Assembly (NCBI GenBank): GCA_964016885.1
Contig: OZ024743.1
Coordinates: 161,572,001-161,636,000, forward strand
DNA: 64,000 nucleotides
Direction: 5' to 3'
Source of the DNA: Eledone cirrhosa
Lineage: Eukaryota
This document shows, one piece after another, positions 1-12,375 of this stretch; the first letter of the stretch is position 1; each line of letters begins with the position of its first letter. The position numbers and the translations under genes are program-made. The notes below the pieces were generated by a model. That model searched no databases, was not told the DNA's origin, and worked only from the letters and a program-made list of their open reading frames with translations.

Positions 1-105
1 TACTGACAGGTTTAGCTACCCCTTCCCCCACTAATTTGCCATCACAGAATTACTACTAACTTGTGACCAATCCTTGTGACAATCACTTTGACCATATATG
101 GAATT

Positions 106-199
106 ACCCCTTGAGAAGCTCGGCTATTTAAATACCAGGATAAATTTTCATTTAGTCCAGAATTAGCTGTCGAAACGGCTTGAGCTCAGCCGTCGGGGT
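106..199 (+). ncRNA. Type I hammerhead ribozyme motif (U3-A8 core variant) in a PLE pLTR-like remnant
   Basis: Stem I ACCCC/GGGGT; core TTGAGAA (111-117); long stem II region; GAAA (172-175); stem III ACGGCT/AGCCGT; GTC cleavage triplet (192-194); (TA)n follows at ~292. Confidence 0.7.
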
Positions 200-379
200 C
201 TTACTGGTTCTTATTACCCACTCTACTACCTTAAGTATTGAGTACTTTGGTGCGTTATGGTCCACCTGGTTCCTTACCACATTTCCTTCGTTATATATAT
301 ATATATATACATTATATATATATATATATATATTATGGAATACTGTTGGCTTCTTGCTACAATAATTTCTATACTTTTC

Positions 380-419
<40 letters not shown>

Positions 420-654
420 TAATAAAAAGCTGACGATTACTTTATTATTGAGATCTCTCCACCCAGATCATGACAGCAAACATTATAAGTGTGCATGTGT
501 ATGTGTAGATGTGTGTGTATGTGTCTTTCTTTACAACAAAGTTAACAATCCTATAGGTATTCAGTGGTACAACAACTGCTATAATAGCTATCTACCTATT
601 TATTTATATATCTCCAGAAAATAAAAACAACAATATTTATCAATCTACATACAT

Positions 655-705
655 CTGTCTTTTTGTCTGTCTGTCTGTCTATCTATCTGCTGGTCTGTCT
701 ATATA

Positions 706-744
<39 letters not shown>

Positions 745-795
745 GTCTGCTGGTCTGTCTATCTATCTGTCTGTCTGTAAATCTATAGCTATCTG
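655..795. repeat. (TCTG)n/(TCTA)n microsatellite
   Basis: Tetranucleotide tandem repeats seen directly. Confidence 0.9.
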
Positions 796-810
796 TGTAT
801 ATTTAATAAT

Positions 811-991
811 TGTTTCTACTTTCGGCACAAGGCCAGCAATTACCCAGTGCATTACTGGTACTTTATTTTATCGACCCCGTAAGGATGAAAGGCAAAGTCA
901 ACCTCGGCGGGATTTGAACTCAGATCGTAAAGGATCGTAACTATGCTGGAAAGCATGGCGTCCGACCCTCTACCGATACTGCCAATGCACC
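811..991 (-). mobile_element. tRNA-derived SINE, young copy with 15-bp target-site duplication
   Basis: Reverse complement of the SINE family at 30305, 33823 and 44607; A box TGGCAGTATCGG, B box GAGTTCAAATCC; TGTATATTTAATAAT at 796-810 and 992-1006. Confidence 0.9.
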
Positions 992-1020
992 TGTATATTT
1001 AATAATGTATCTATTTATCA

Positions 1021-1180
1021 TGGTGGCAAATTGGCAGAGTTGTTAGAACAGTGGATAGAATACTTTGTAGTATTCTTTCCTGTTCTTTTCTGTTTGCATT
1101 CAAATCCCACTGAGGTCAGTGCAGCCATTCATCCATTCGAGGTTGATAAAAAAAAAGTATCAGTCTCGTACTGGGGTTGA
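1021..1180 (+). mobile_element. Degenerate SINE of the same superfamily
   Basis: TGGCAGAGTTGTTAGA ... TTCAAATCCCACTGAGGTC ... TCATCCATTCGAGGTTGATAAAA. Confidence 0.6.
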
Positions 1181-1391
1181 TTCTTCCTCTGTATCTCTTT
1201 CTCACTTCCTTTCTCTCACACTCTATCCTTCTCTGGAAGAAATCTGCTGTACTCAGACCTGGAGAGGAGATGGGCTCCACCAGGTTTAGAAATACCCTAA
1301 GAAATGCTGTATATCAATACAGCGCCCCTACAACTCCATCAGGAATTATGAGTAAAGAAGAAGAATCTATCTTCTAACAAGAACATTAACA

Positions 1392-2440
1392 ACAAATCCT
1401 AAACCCTATCAACAGGCCACCTTACCTGTTAGATAGGGTGGCCTTGGCCTCTGGTCCCCAATCTCACTGGCTTTGCTGGCATTTCTTTCGTTGGTAACCT
1501 CATGCCGCATCCTAATCAACAAGGTTCTCCTAAACACAATGGAACCCACTGTGATCGAGGAACGTGAGGCCACCTGTGAAACATGGAACTGGCTTGGACT
1601 TAGCCCAGTTGACATCCCTCCTCCTATTCCCCCTGCTGATGCCAAGTCCCCCCAGAGTATATGGGATGCCATCCAGTGCAACCTGGCCTCTGACAGGGTA
1701 GCACGGCAGCTCGACCAACACTGCCTAGCATGTTTTCGTGCAGCCTCACAACCCCACATCGGTGCCTGGCTCCATGCCTTACCCTCCTTTTCTACTGGCA
1801 CACAGCTAGACAATGATAGCCTACACATCATGGTTTCCCTGAGACTTGGCCACCTCCAGGTCTGCAAGCCACACAAATGTCGCTGCGGATCCACCGTGGA
1901 CTCTTTCGGCCTCCACTCACTTTCCTGTCATTACAGTGCAGGCCGCCTTCCATGCCATGCTGCCAACAACGAGGTCATAAAGCATGGCTTGGATGCTACA
2001 GGCTTCCCCTCCCAGCTGAAGCTGGTGGGGCTGGACCGAGGGGGCGACAAAAGGCCAGACGGCATGACCATCTTCCCATTCCGCTGTGGTAAACCCCTCA
2101 TCTGGGATGCTACATACAGCAACACATTCTCCAACTGCAGACTGGTGCAGTCTGCAACTAACCCAGGTTCTGCTGCACTTTGGGCTGAGGAGGGTAAACT
2201 CTCCAAGTATTAGTCGCTCTCCAAGTATTAGTCGCTCTCCAACAGGTTTGCAGTCAAGCCCCTAGCAGTGGAGACTTTTGTGTGTCCTTGACCCTAGGGC
2301 TACATTCCTACGTACCACCATAGGCGCTGAGCTGGCTAGCCACAGGTGTGAGCCCCATGAGATGGAATGACTCTTCCAGCGCATCTCCCTTACCATCCTC
2401 CAGGTAAACCTTCTCCGTTCTGTCCACTGGGGCTGTGGGG
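1392..2440 (+). mobile_element. Decayed CRE-like non-LTR retrotransposon, 3' part (RT thumb, zinc knuckle, restriction-like endonuclease)
   Basis: LPVR*GGLGL; GAWLHALP; CRCG..VDSFGLHSLSC..GRxxH; KRPDG..GKPLIWDAT (PD-(D/E)xK RLE); internal stops; 18-bp duplication at ~2199-2240. Confidence 0.75.
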
Positions 2441-2959
2441 CAGCCAGCACGTGGGACCCCATTTACTCATGATACAGAGAGATGGAGGCGATGACAGTGG
2501 GAGTTCGGCTCTTCTGTGTTCATAAGAGATACCTTATGGTTTATGTAGCCTCTACATATTTACACTCTTAAAGATAGTGAATTGGTAGAAATAATAGTTT
2601 TCTTAATTTCCTCTAGTCTTGTCTGTATCTGTTACACTAGCAATCTAAAAATAAGTAGATTGGTAGGTAGAACAAAGTAATTGTAATTTAATGATATATG
2701 TTTTGATAAGGATGGAAGAAAACTATTGTAAAATAGAGTGACAAGAAGAAGGTCAAAGAAATAATTTTTTCCTATAAACATCCTTTTTTATGGATACTAT
2801 GCTAGTAAATCATCATCATCATCACTGTTTAACACCCATTTTTCCATGTTAGCATGGGTTAGACGAGTTGTCCCGTTGTAAGACAAGTCAGATCAGGTGA
2901 ATATGGTGGGTAGGACAGAACCTATCAACCTAGCTCAAAGTTATACTTGAAGTATGTAG

Positions 2960-3600
2960 CCAAGCGTTATCATGAAGGAATCGAACAGGACCATGGTGTG
3001 GGTACACCTTGGCAATAGACATCAGTTGTTATGCTAGTGTTTGGTGGGAGAATCTTCTGGTGGATGACACCCTTCCAGTCCCACCAGATGCTCAGTAGGG
3101 CCTGGAGAGGGTGGAGGCTAGCCTTTACTTGCCATTGTGGTGCACTTTCTTTATCAACTTATGATCGCTTGCACTTGATATTAATGTAGAGGCACCAATT
3201 TTTCATCACCAGTGACAATGGACTGTAATCAGCTGGTTGTTCAATGGTAGGAGAACAGCGAAGTTGCAGCTGCCGCCTATCATTCATGGATACAGTTAGT
3301 CAGATTGTGGGGCACTCATTGGTCCAGCTTAGACACCTTCCCTATTGCATACAGGTGATTGAGGATGGCTGGTTTCGATGCCCCAAGCACTTTGGAGGGT
3401 TTGTATGCTGTCTGCTGTGGGTCAGTTTCCACCAGCTCATGCTGTTGCTCATCATTGAAGTTAGATAGATGTCCTGTGCAAGGTCAGTCTTCAACACTAT
3501 AATCACTGAAATGGATGCATTATTAATGCTATGACTCAATGCACCTAGGCCAGATTTGAAATCATAAAGTAAGCAGTGTACTTCTTAGTGTTCGTTGGTA
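2960..3600 (-). mobile_element. Mariner transposase remnant
   Basis: Minus strand encodes (W)VPHNL and IVTGDEK/W mariner motifs with frameshifts and stops. Confidence 0.7.
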
Positions 3601-4062
3601 GTGGGTGCATAGTATTGTTGCTTTAGCCATGTCAGCAATGGAGGCAACCATAGGAGGTAGTCCTATACACATATATATTTAACTGATTGTTGCGTAAGAG
3701 TTTCCATCAAGTGCATCCTATATTTCATAAAGATACATATTGGTGTGTGTAAGTGTGTAAGCAAAAGGGAAAAGGAAAAAGGCTGGGCACATGGCCATGT
3801 CTGCTAGACAGCTAGTCGAATGGTGGTGGGTGAAGGATCCAGAGTCATCATCTGAAAGAGATAGGTAGATAGCTAGCTATCATGGTAAATAGCTGAAAGG
3901 TTAGTAATAAATATACAAAGAGTTAAAAGTTATTGTGAGAAATATGACTGAGCAGTTATTAATATGTAGAAGTAATGTTAGGAAAGAGAGAGAGAATAGG
4001 AATATAAAAAACCATGATCTTAGCTTTAAGATTTCAAGTCCACCATTCCCTCGGGCAGATTT

Positions 4063-4107
<45 letters not shown>

Positions 4108-4109
4108 GT

Positions 4110-4700
4110 GTCAGGTCACCAGTTGGTGCTACTGGTAACATGTATCCCAGTACAACCTGTCCCATGGTCGGGTCGTTGGCGACTAAACTGGCAACCCCAC
4201 CAAGGTTTCTTGGTGAGGAGGGTGACTTTGGACATCCTGCAGGACTAAAAACAAAACCTGTCAAAGGGCAAAGGAGCTCTTTAGAGTCAATGGCCATCCA
4301 AAATCACTGGGAGAGATGACCCCTTAGCCTTTGTCAAGGCAGAATTCTAGGAGAAGGAAAACTCTGATATAACACCTGCAACCCTGATGGTATCCAATGA
4401 TGTTGACTTGTTCTTCTTTTTGGTAAATATTATCTTGGTTAAGAGAGTGGGACTGGCTTTGTGCAGTGCCTTTGCTCACTATAAAAGCTTCACGGCACAG
4501 GCATTGCTTTATATCTGGAGATCTCTGATCTCTCTGCACTTGTCGTCACATGGTACCATGGGCCCAGCACTATGTGTCAATAATTGTCACAGGTGTAGTG
4601 TTTGTACCAGAGTTTTCAAGTCGCTGGCTGGACTAAAAAGTCACACTCGTTCAGCGCATTGGTAGGGGTTCTCCTACATGGATATAAAGTAGTGGCCGTA
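4110..4700 (+). mobile_element. LINE (RTE-like) fragments ending in a C2H2 finger
   Basis: CSVCTRVFKSLAGLKSHTRSAH at the end of a short ORF, resembling LINE ORF C-termini; no splice context. Confidence 0.4.
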
Positions 4701-5000
4701 CTCGAAAACGAGTTGGCAGCCACCATATATATATATACATACATATGACTTCTACAGGACTCTATACTTATATTGAATTTGTAAATTAGAAGCATCAACA
4801 TTTTTTACTCTAAAACCCCAGTGATGCCCATACAAATTTATCCACTTTACATTTTTTCCTGTTTCCAAGATTTATATGCCCAACCTATTTAACTATTTTC
4901 CACAGTCAAAAAATGTTGCTGCTTCTAACTTACAAATTAAAAACTTCCTATCACTCAACGATTCTAGAAATATGTTGTTTATATATATGTGTGTGTATAT

Positions 5001-5345
5001 AAAAAAAGTTTTTTTATATATTCTGTGGGTAGTTTGAACATATGTGAATTTTCTGTCAAAATTTCTTCTTATATATAAGTTCTTTATGAATATGTAGTGG
5101 TGAAGGTGGAAGTGGGGCTCAGCAAGTCAGGATTTAATTGAATTCACTTGGTTAAAGTGGAAAATTCTTTTACTATTCATAATAATGGGTCAGGTGGCAT
5201 TTTTAATGTGAGTATTTGTGAGAGTATTTAGGGGGAAGGGGTTCAATTGTGTGAAAAGATCAGGTTGTTTTGGGGAGGTGGGTGAAAGTAACTAAAAAAA
5301 TCTAAGAGTGGATATAGCATTTTTCTTTTGTCTTGTGGTGTGTTT

Positions 5346-5393
<48 letters not shown>

Positions 5394-8300
5394 CCCTTGT
5401 GTCAAGATTATTTTTAGGATTTGCAGATTAAAAATATAAATACAAATATAGATATGAACATGGTTGACAGGGCTCCTTGAATTTGGGGTAAAAAGTATGG
5501 GTTTCTGAAGAATTTGTTGAAAGAAAGCAGAACTTATATCAATACAATGATGGGAAAGAGTGAAAATTGGTTCCTTAAATATGAAAAGGAATTTAAGAAA
5601 ATACATCACCTATACAACCCCTTCATAAAGAAAGTTAACAAAACAAGAACCTTTGCAGAAACAGTCAAACAACCAAACCCAACACACCCGATCCACAGAC
5701 ATAATTTCCTTCAACTTAAAATATACACAAACAACAGAAAAAACACACACAAACACTACAATATTGATAATCACAGAAAAATCTCCCAAAGAACCAAAAT
5801 ACAAAACAACAAAGGACACCCCCATAACATAAACCTTATGAATTTCAAAGGAAATTTATCCAGTCCACATGACATTCCAACAGAACCCACACACAAGAGC
5901 AACTATAACAGGTACCAAACCTTACACTACAATAATTTCCATTAAAATCATTCTACAAAGTCACACAAAACAGACAAACAACGAATAACATCCATGATCA
6001 AAATAACAATCTTTTTTAGCACAAAGACAGAAATACCTAGACACACGAAGGTCCCCACACATGAGAAAGCAAAAGTAATCAACCTTTCAAAGGTATCATA
6101 AACAAACACCCAAATAGATATATTAAATAAGGGACTGAAATGTACACCAATCCCACAAAAATCAAATTTCCCCAACAAGAAAAAATGCATCATGGAATTC
6201 TGTCAAAAACTTAGGCTAGCTGAATTTTTCTCCCAAAACAATGACAATAATGACGAGTCACTAGTTACAAATAAAAGTAATTTCTGCCCCCAAAAAGGAA
6301 GGAATAAAGCTCTAAACTCCCACTGCGAACACATTATGAATTTCCCCCTTGGAAAAATTGGAATTAGAAACAGAAAATCAAATTTTTCAAAACATGAATG
6401 GAAGAACTTAATTAATTTACAAGAAAACATCAAAATCACCATTAAAGGTAGCACTGTTGTCATCATGAATACAGACTACTATAAAGATCTGGCATTTAAA
6501 GTGTTAGAAGACAACAGTTACTATGAAAAATCACCCAGCTGCAAACAATAAAGAATAATGGAAAATCTTCTAACTTTACTAAATAAGTGCCACAAAGGCC
6601 TAACCACGACAAAAATTAACTACATAAGCCACTTCAAATTTAAAACTAGCATATTTCATGGCCTACCAAAAATACACAAATGCAAACTGATAAATGACAC
6701 TTGTAAAACCTCGACAACTAATTACATCCAGTTAACACCTCCTAACATTTTAAAGCTCAGGCCAATTATAGCAGGCCCTGCATGTGAAACACACAGACTG
6801 CATAACTTCCTGGTCATCCTTTTAAAGCCCTACCTAAAGCATGTTCAGAGCTATATATGAGATGATCTAGACATACTCAATCATTTCCCCCAAAAGAGTA
6901 AGTGAGCACACAATTTTTGTTTCCTTCGATGTTGTCAACTTATACACGAATATACCCCATGACTGTGGAATAACTGCAAATTCGAATTAGTAACACACAT
7001 TAAAAAAGATTTCATCCTTGATGGACTAAAATTCATATTACAAAACAATTACATTTTATTCAATGGAGCTGTGTACCAACAAATATCAGGGACCACAATG
7101 GGCACAAAAGTAGCCCCTATTAGCCATGGGATTCCATGAACAAAAGATTTACAACCAATCCTTACTACTTTTGGGAAACACATTTCACACACAACTAAAA
7201 CACAACTGGAAAAGGTACCTGGATGATTGCTTTATCTTATAGCAGGAAAAGTTTCATACACTCACAGAATTTGAAAATATGATTTATAACCTTAACAGCA
7301 ACATCCAATTTACAATTGACTTTAATACCAAGGAACTAGCCTTTTTAGATTTCAAAATTTCAAAAACAGACAGAAGAATAGAAACATATTTTCTTTAAAC
7401 AGTACATTCTTTTTACATCAAGTCACCCAAAGCACATGAAACTGAACGTTCCATTTAAATGAAGCTAAAGAGATTTGCACAATAGTATCAGATCCGATCA
7501 AATGTTAGCAAAGACTGGATGAACTCAAAAATAAACTCACCCAAAGATCATTTCCACTGAGTATAATCACCAATGGCATAGTAAAGGCTAGACATATAGA
7601 TATCCAAGAGCTAAAGACAACAATAAGCAAACCCAGGGAAAACCTCCTAAATATCAAAATGTTTGATCACCTCCACAAAAAGTTTCCTAATCTATATGAA
7701 GATGAAAAAGTTCTAGAAACACACAAAATCATTAAAAGTAAATGAGAGCCAAAAATGCTAAAGCATATTCTTACTGGGGGAAAAACCCCACAAACAATTC
7801 TCCAGCCCCACTGTTATAAAATAGGGAAAAACAAATTGTGGTACCTGCTTATACCTAATGGGAGGACCAGAATCCAATTATGAGGACAGACAAACCTTCA
7901 GAATAAAAGGAAATTTCACTTGCAACTCAGATAACCTATCTCTGTGATTACATGCTGTGGATGTCTGCAAAATTACATAGGAAAGACGGGGATTTCATTA
8001 TGCAAAAGAATGACCATACACCAGCAACAAATCTGCTATGCTATGAAAACAGGAGATGAATCCCCTTAAGCAGCGACGTTGCAACATGTGCTGAAAATGC
8101 TCAGACTCCTTCAATCAATATCAGAGAATAAATAAAGAAAAACAATTCATTAACAAATATAAACCACAATTAAATATGTGTCTCCCATTCCACAATAGAT
8201 AATAATCTATTGATGGGAATAACCAATTTACACCTGTATACAAACATCTGCAGCTGCAGACACACACACCTGTATGCAAACATCTCCAGCTGCAGACACA

Positions 8301-9110
8301 CACCTGTATGCAAATATCTGCAGCTGCAGATACATATCACAAGATAAAAGGAAAAAATCATAACTCCAAGGAAACCGCTACTAAAAACCTTTTCCCTTTC
8401 TTTTCTTCCTTTTATTTTCTCTTTCTTTCTTTTCTATTTTTTTTTTCTTTCTCTTCTACAAATCTTTCAGAAACCCAGACTTTGTACCACCCCAAGAACC
8501 CCTTTCAATCATGCTTTTAACTGCAAACCCTAAAAATAATCTTCATCTCTTGACACAAATGTACACACACACAAGACAAAGGAAACATTCTATCTCCATT
8601 ATTAGCTTTTTTCAGCTACTTTCACAACCACCCATCTCCAAAATACGACCTGGCCTTTTGACACAATTGAACCCCACCTAAATACTTTCACAAATACACA
8701 CATCTAAAATGTTATTTGGACCATTATTATAAATAGTAAAAGAATTTTCTATTTTAACCAAAGGAATTCAATTGAATCCTGATCTATTGAACACCATGTC
8801 TACCTTCACCACTGCACCTTCATAAAGAACTTATATATAAGAAGAAATTTTTATAGAAAATTTACATATATTCAAACTGCTCACAGAATATATGGAAAAA
8901 CTTTTTTTAATATTTATTATTTGATAAGATTCATATACCAATCAAAACTGGTAATATTTGACAAAATTTAAATCCACTTAATGTACAATTATAAAATTAT
9001 TCATTCTGTTATATTAAAGAAAACATAATCTTTAAATATACTTCTGTACTTTTAAACTTTTAATTTTTAACTATAACCTTTAATTTGTATGGAACTTACC
9101 CCCTTTAAAA
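5001..9110 (+). mobile_element. Penelope-like element (Neptune-like), decayed RT + GIY-YIG ORF with inverted 5' pLTR segment
   Basis: KVINLS, KGLKCTP, FHGLPKIHK, LRPIIAG, FDVVNLYTNIP, GTTMGTKVAP, WKRYLDD, LAFLD, Cys linker GKTNCGTC, GIY-YIG-like ITCCGC..YIGKTG; 5001-5520 is a diverged reverse complement of ~8455-8908. Confidence 0.85.
8918..8956 (+). ncRNA. Degenerate minimal hammerhead motif in the PLE 3' pLTR
   Basis: TTGATAA, stem II GATT/AATC, AAAAC-TG-GTA; the sister copy at ~53965 keeps GAAACCGGTT, consistent with CpG decay here. Confidence 0.45.
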
Positions 9111-10397
9111 ATAACAATTTGGTTAGAGAATTGGCATTTGTTTGAGCATAGTACAAAATGCTTTGCAATATTTGTTTTAGCTCTCTGCACCCTGAGTTCA
9201 AATTTCACTGTGATTTACTTGGTTGATAGACGTAAGATGTTATTCAGTTTAACACCCTCGCCTGGCATTTTGATGCCTTTAGCACTCTGGTGCAAACATT
9301 CAGACAAGATCTTGGTTTAATAAAATCTTCCTTCCTCCTTCCCTTCAGTCTCAGAGTACCTGAAAAGAGTCATGGGTACTGCCCTTCCCTCCCTGACTAA
9401 ATGAAAACAAATAAAAAAACAAGCCCATTAATAGTTCAAAACCTTCTTGATCTCATCTTCAGAATAAGTGCTGCTATTATTGCAACATTTTTGGAGTAGG
9501 CATCATAGGGATGACGTTGTAACTGATAAAATCAACTTCACTGAATTTAAAATTGTTTAGCTATTAAGTCCAGGTTACTTATATAGTGTATTTCAGGGCC
9601 TCCAAAACAAATTTTGCAAAATAAAACAAGACTATGTTCTGGCCATCAAAAATGGGAAATGAGAGGGGAAGGAGTCTCAAATATTTACAGTGACTTTTGT
9701 TGGCTCTTCCCTCACCTCCCCTTAACTCCAGATCCATGTAGCAACTGAACGTCTCTCATATAGGCCTTGTCTGTATCTACATGTTGATTTATGGAAGTTT
9801 ATATCTTTCTCAAGTTCACACTAAAATTTGTTTGGCTGAGGTATGTCGGTGACTTGTAGGTTTGTGGTTTCATATTGATTAAATTTTTTTTTTTTTATTA
9901 ATTGTTAGTGTTTTGGATTATATTCTGTTTGTGATACATGTTACGTTCTGATGTATGAATTTTTTAATGATATATTCATCCATTCTGTAACTAGCATACA
10001 TTTGATTCATAACTACATATGGTTTGTGTATTCTTGCCTGTGATTATTTTAACATACAATTGAGTAGTTCTAAATCTAATTTTGTGCAGTAAATTTACAT
10101 TTTGCATCAAATACTACATGTGTTGGCATGGTTAATGATAGTTAAAAAACTTAAAACACTCATAAGATATTAAAAATAACAGTTATAAATAAATCAAACA
10201 CTGGGTTATAACACCTGCCTCAAAGATTTGTGCAGTTCTAAAATTTCCTTTAAATAAATCTAGCTTCATCTGCTAACATGTTTGGGAATCAATTATTCCA
10301 TATTGTGTTATTCTTATGATTATTTAAAACATCCTTTTCCCAGATGAAAATAATTAAGTATAAACACAGTCGCAATAACAAAATCAAGATTATTTTG

Positions 10398-10920
10398 TGC
10401 ATGTCATTTTTATGTATGTATGTGTGTGGGTGGATAGGTGAGTGTAAATGTATACAATGGAAATCATATCACATCAGTTTTGTATTTTAATTCCATAAAT
10501 CTTAATACAAATATTTTTCTTATATATTTTCTAATTATATGCATGTGCCATTATAATTAATCAACTTCCTGCATCTCTCACTTTCTATATACCTATCTGA
10601 CATATAACTAATACTACATTTCCTTTGTTATTAACAGCATGTTCTGTTTTATACTGGTATTCCTATAACCACCACTACTAGTACTGCTTTTACTCTGCTA
10701 GTAGTATTTCCAGCATGGTCACATGCATCATCACTATCGTTATTTCTGCTACTACTAAACTAATAATAATAACAATAACAACAACTTAGTCAGCTACGGT
10801 GTCGTAAAATGCCTGCCTCTGTTTTTCTGTGACAGTTGCAGTTCTACTAACGTTAACTAATGCTAACCTAACATGGTAAATATCTGTGAAAGGCAAAGTG
10901 AGCTAATGGTTAAACTAATA
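10398..10920 (+). promoter_or_regulatory. Candidate intronic splicing-regulatory cluster (TGCATG and CTAAY motifs)
   Basis: TGCATG at 10398 and 10540; TACTAAC 10845, AACTAAT 10855, GCTAAC 10862, CCTAAC 10867, GCTAAT 10902, ACTAAT 10914; non-repetitive sequence. Confidence 0.45.
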
Positions 10921-12375
10921 TTGGAATCAACCTCTCTGAGTTGAGATCCCAGGATTGCGAAGATCTGTCATTTATGTATCATGCCAATAATCTTTACTAC
11001 GCAATTTTCACTTGAAAAATGCTTTTAACCCTTTTCTTTTTAAATTGTACTTCTTCCCCAATTTTTAGAATAAGTTTAGAAAAGATAAAATAATAATTAA
11101 TTTCTTTATATATTGAATGTTAAATTGTCAGAATATAAAATAAAAAATAAAAAATAAAAAATAAAAAATAAAAGCGAATGTCATATACATTTTAAACCTT
11201 TATTTGGTAATTATTTTGTCTTCATTTTGCATTCAATATACAGATATGTATTATATGTAAACAATCCCATCTTGATAAAGTTAACAGAAAGTGATAATTG
11301 TAATAGTAATTTCAAAGATAAAAGGAAAATATTTGTATTTCATATTAAATCTTGAATTTATTAATAATAATAATTCTAATTAAAAATGATATTATAATGG
11401 TTAAATATTAGACCAATTACAATTTACAATTAATGTTAGAAGTTTCTACATAAAATATATTAAATGCAACAGGAATCTGAAAATAATTAACTCTCTCTTC
11501 GTATATACAACTGTCCAATTTAATGAATATTTTGTCAGTTTCAAATAGAGTACGGTTAGGTTTTCTGTTTATATTTTCATTAAGTGTAATTCTGTAATTG
11601 TTGTATTACTTGTTATCTAAGGTATTGATTATCTCTTCTCCTTTACTACTATCTTAATTTCCATTCCTAGTTAATCTACTCCCTTGTTGAAATTCACCAA
11701 ATGATGATATAAAATATTACAAAATGTCGGTCTTTCCTGCTTTGACTTTTATTAACATCAAGTTTATCAGAAAATATTGTTCCTTCTTAATTTATTGAAG
11801 TACAGTAGCTGTGAAGTTAATGTGCTGGGTATAGGTGAAATAGTCATAAGTTCAAATCATACTGCAGTCATTGTGTTGTGCCTTTGAAGAAGGCATAAAA
11901 CTACACTTACCTCAGTCTACATGGCTAAAAGCAGTTGCCACTCTATAGTTAATTGGTGAGAAGTAAGAAAAACACCCAAACATTTCATAGTTTGCAAAAC
12001 TATCTAATCCATGCTGAACAAAGGAATGTAAAAGAGTGGAAAAAAATGTTATTTTATTAGAAATTAATGAAAAGACATATAGTTAGAATAATAATCTACA
12101 TTTATCCAAAACAACTTAGGATGCCTCTTGTATTTTTCTAATACTAACACTATTATTATTGTTGTTGTCAGACAGACATTTGCTTTCTAGAGATCAATTC
12201 AAATGAGTTGTTTCAGCTGTTGAGAGAAGTGGGTGATGTAAAACCTAAGCAGTTGTTATCAAACTTCGTTGGTAACTTGCAAGTGTAATGCTGTCTCACC
12301 TCAGAGAGGTACTCACAAAAATAGGTTCCACCTGAGACACCTACTGTACTAATTTGTTATTTTCTGCCCTTACAG

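Noticed and set aside
1-12375. Upstream PKC kinase-domain exons
   Set aside because: No PPFKP-type or kinase subdomain coding found by eye; presumably 5' of the window, although a short exon could have been missed
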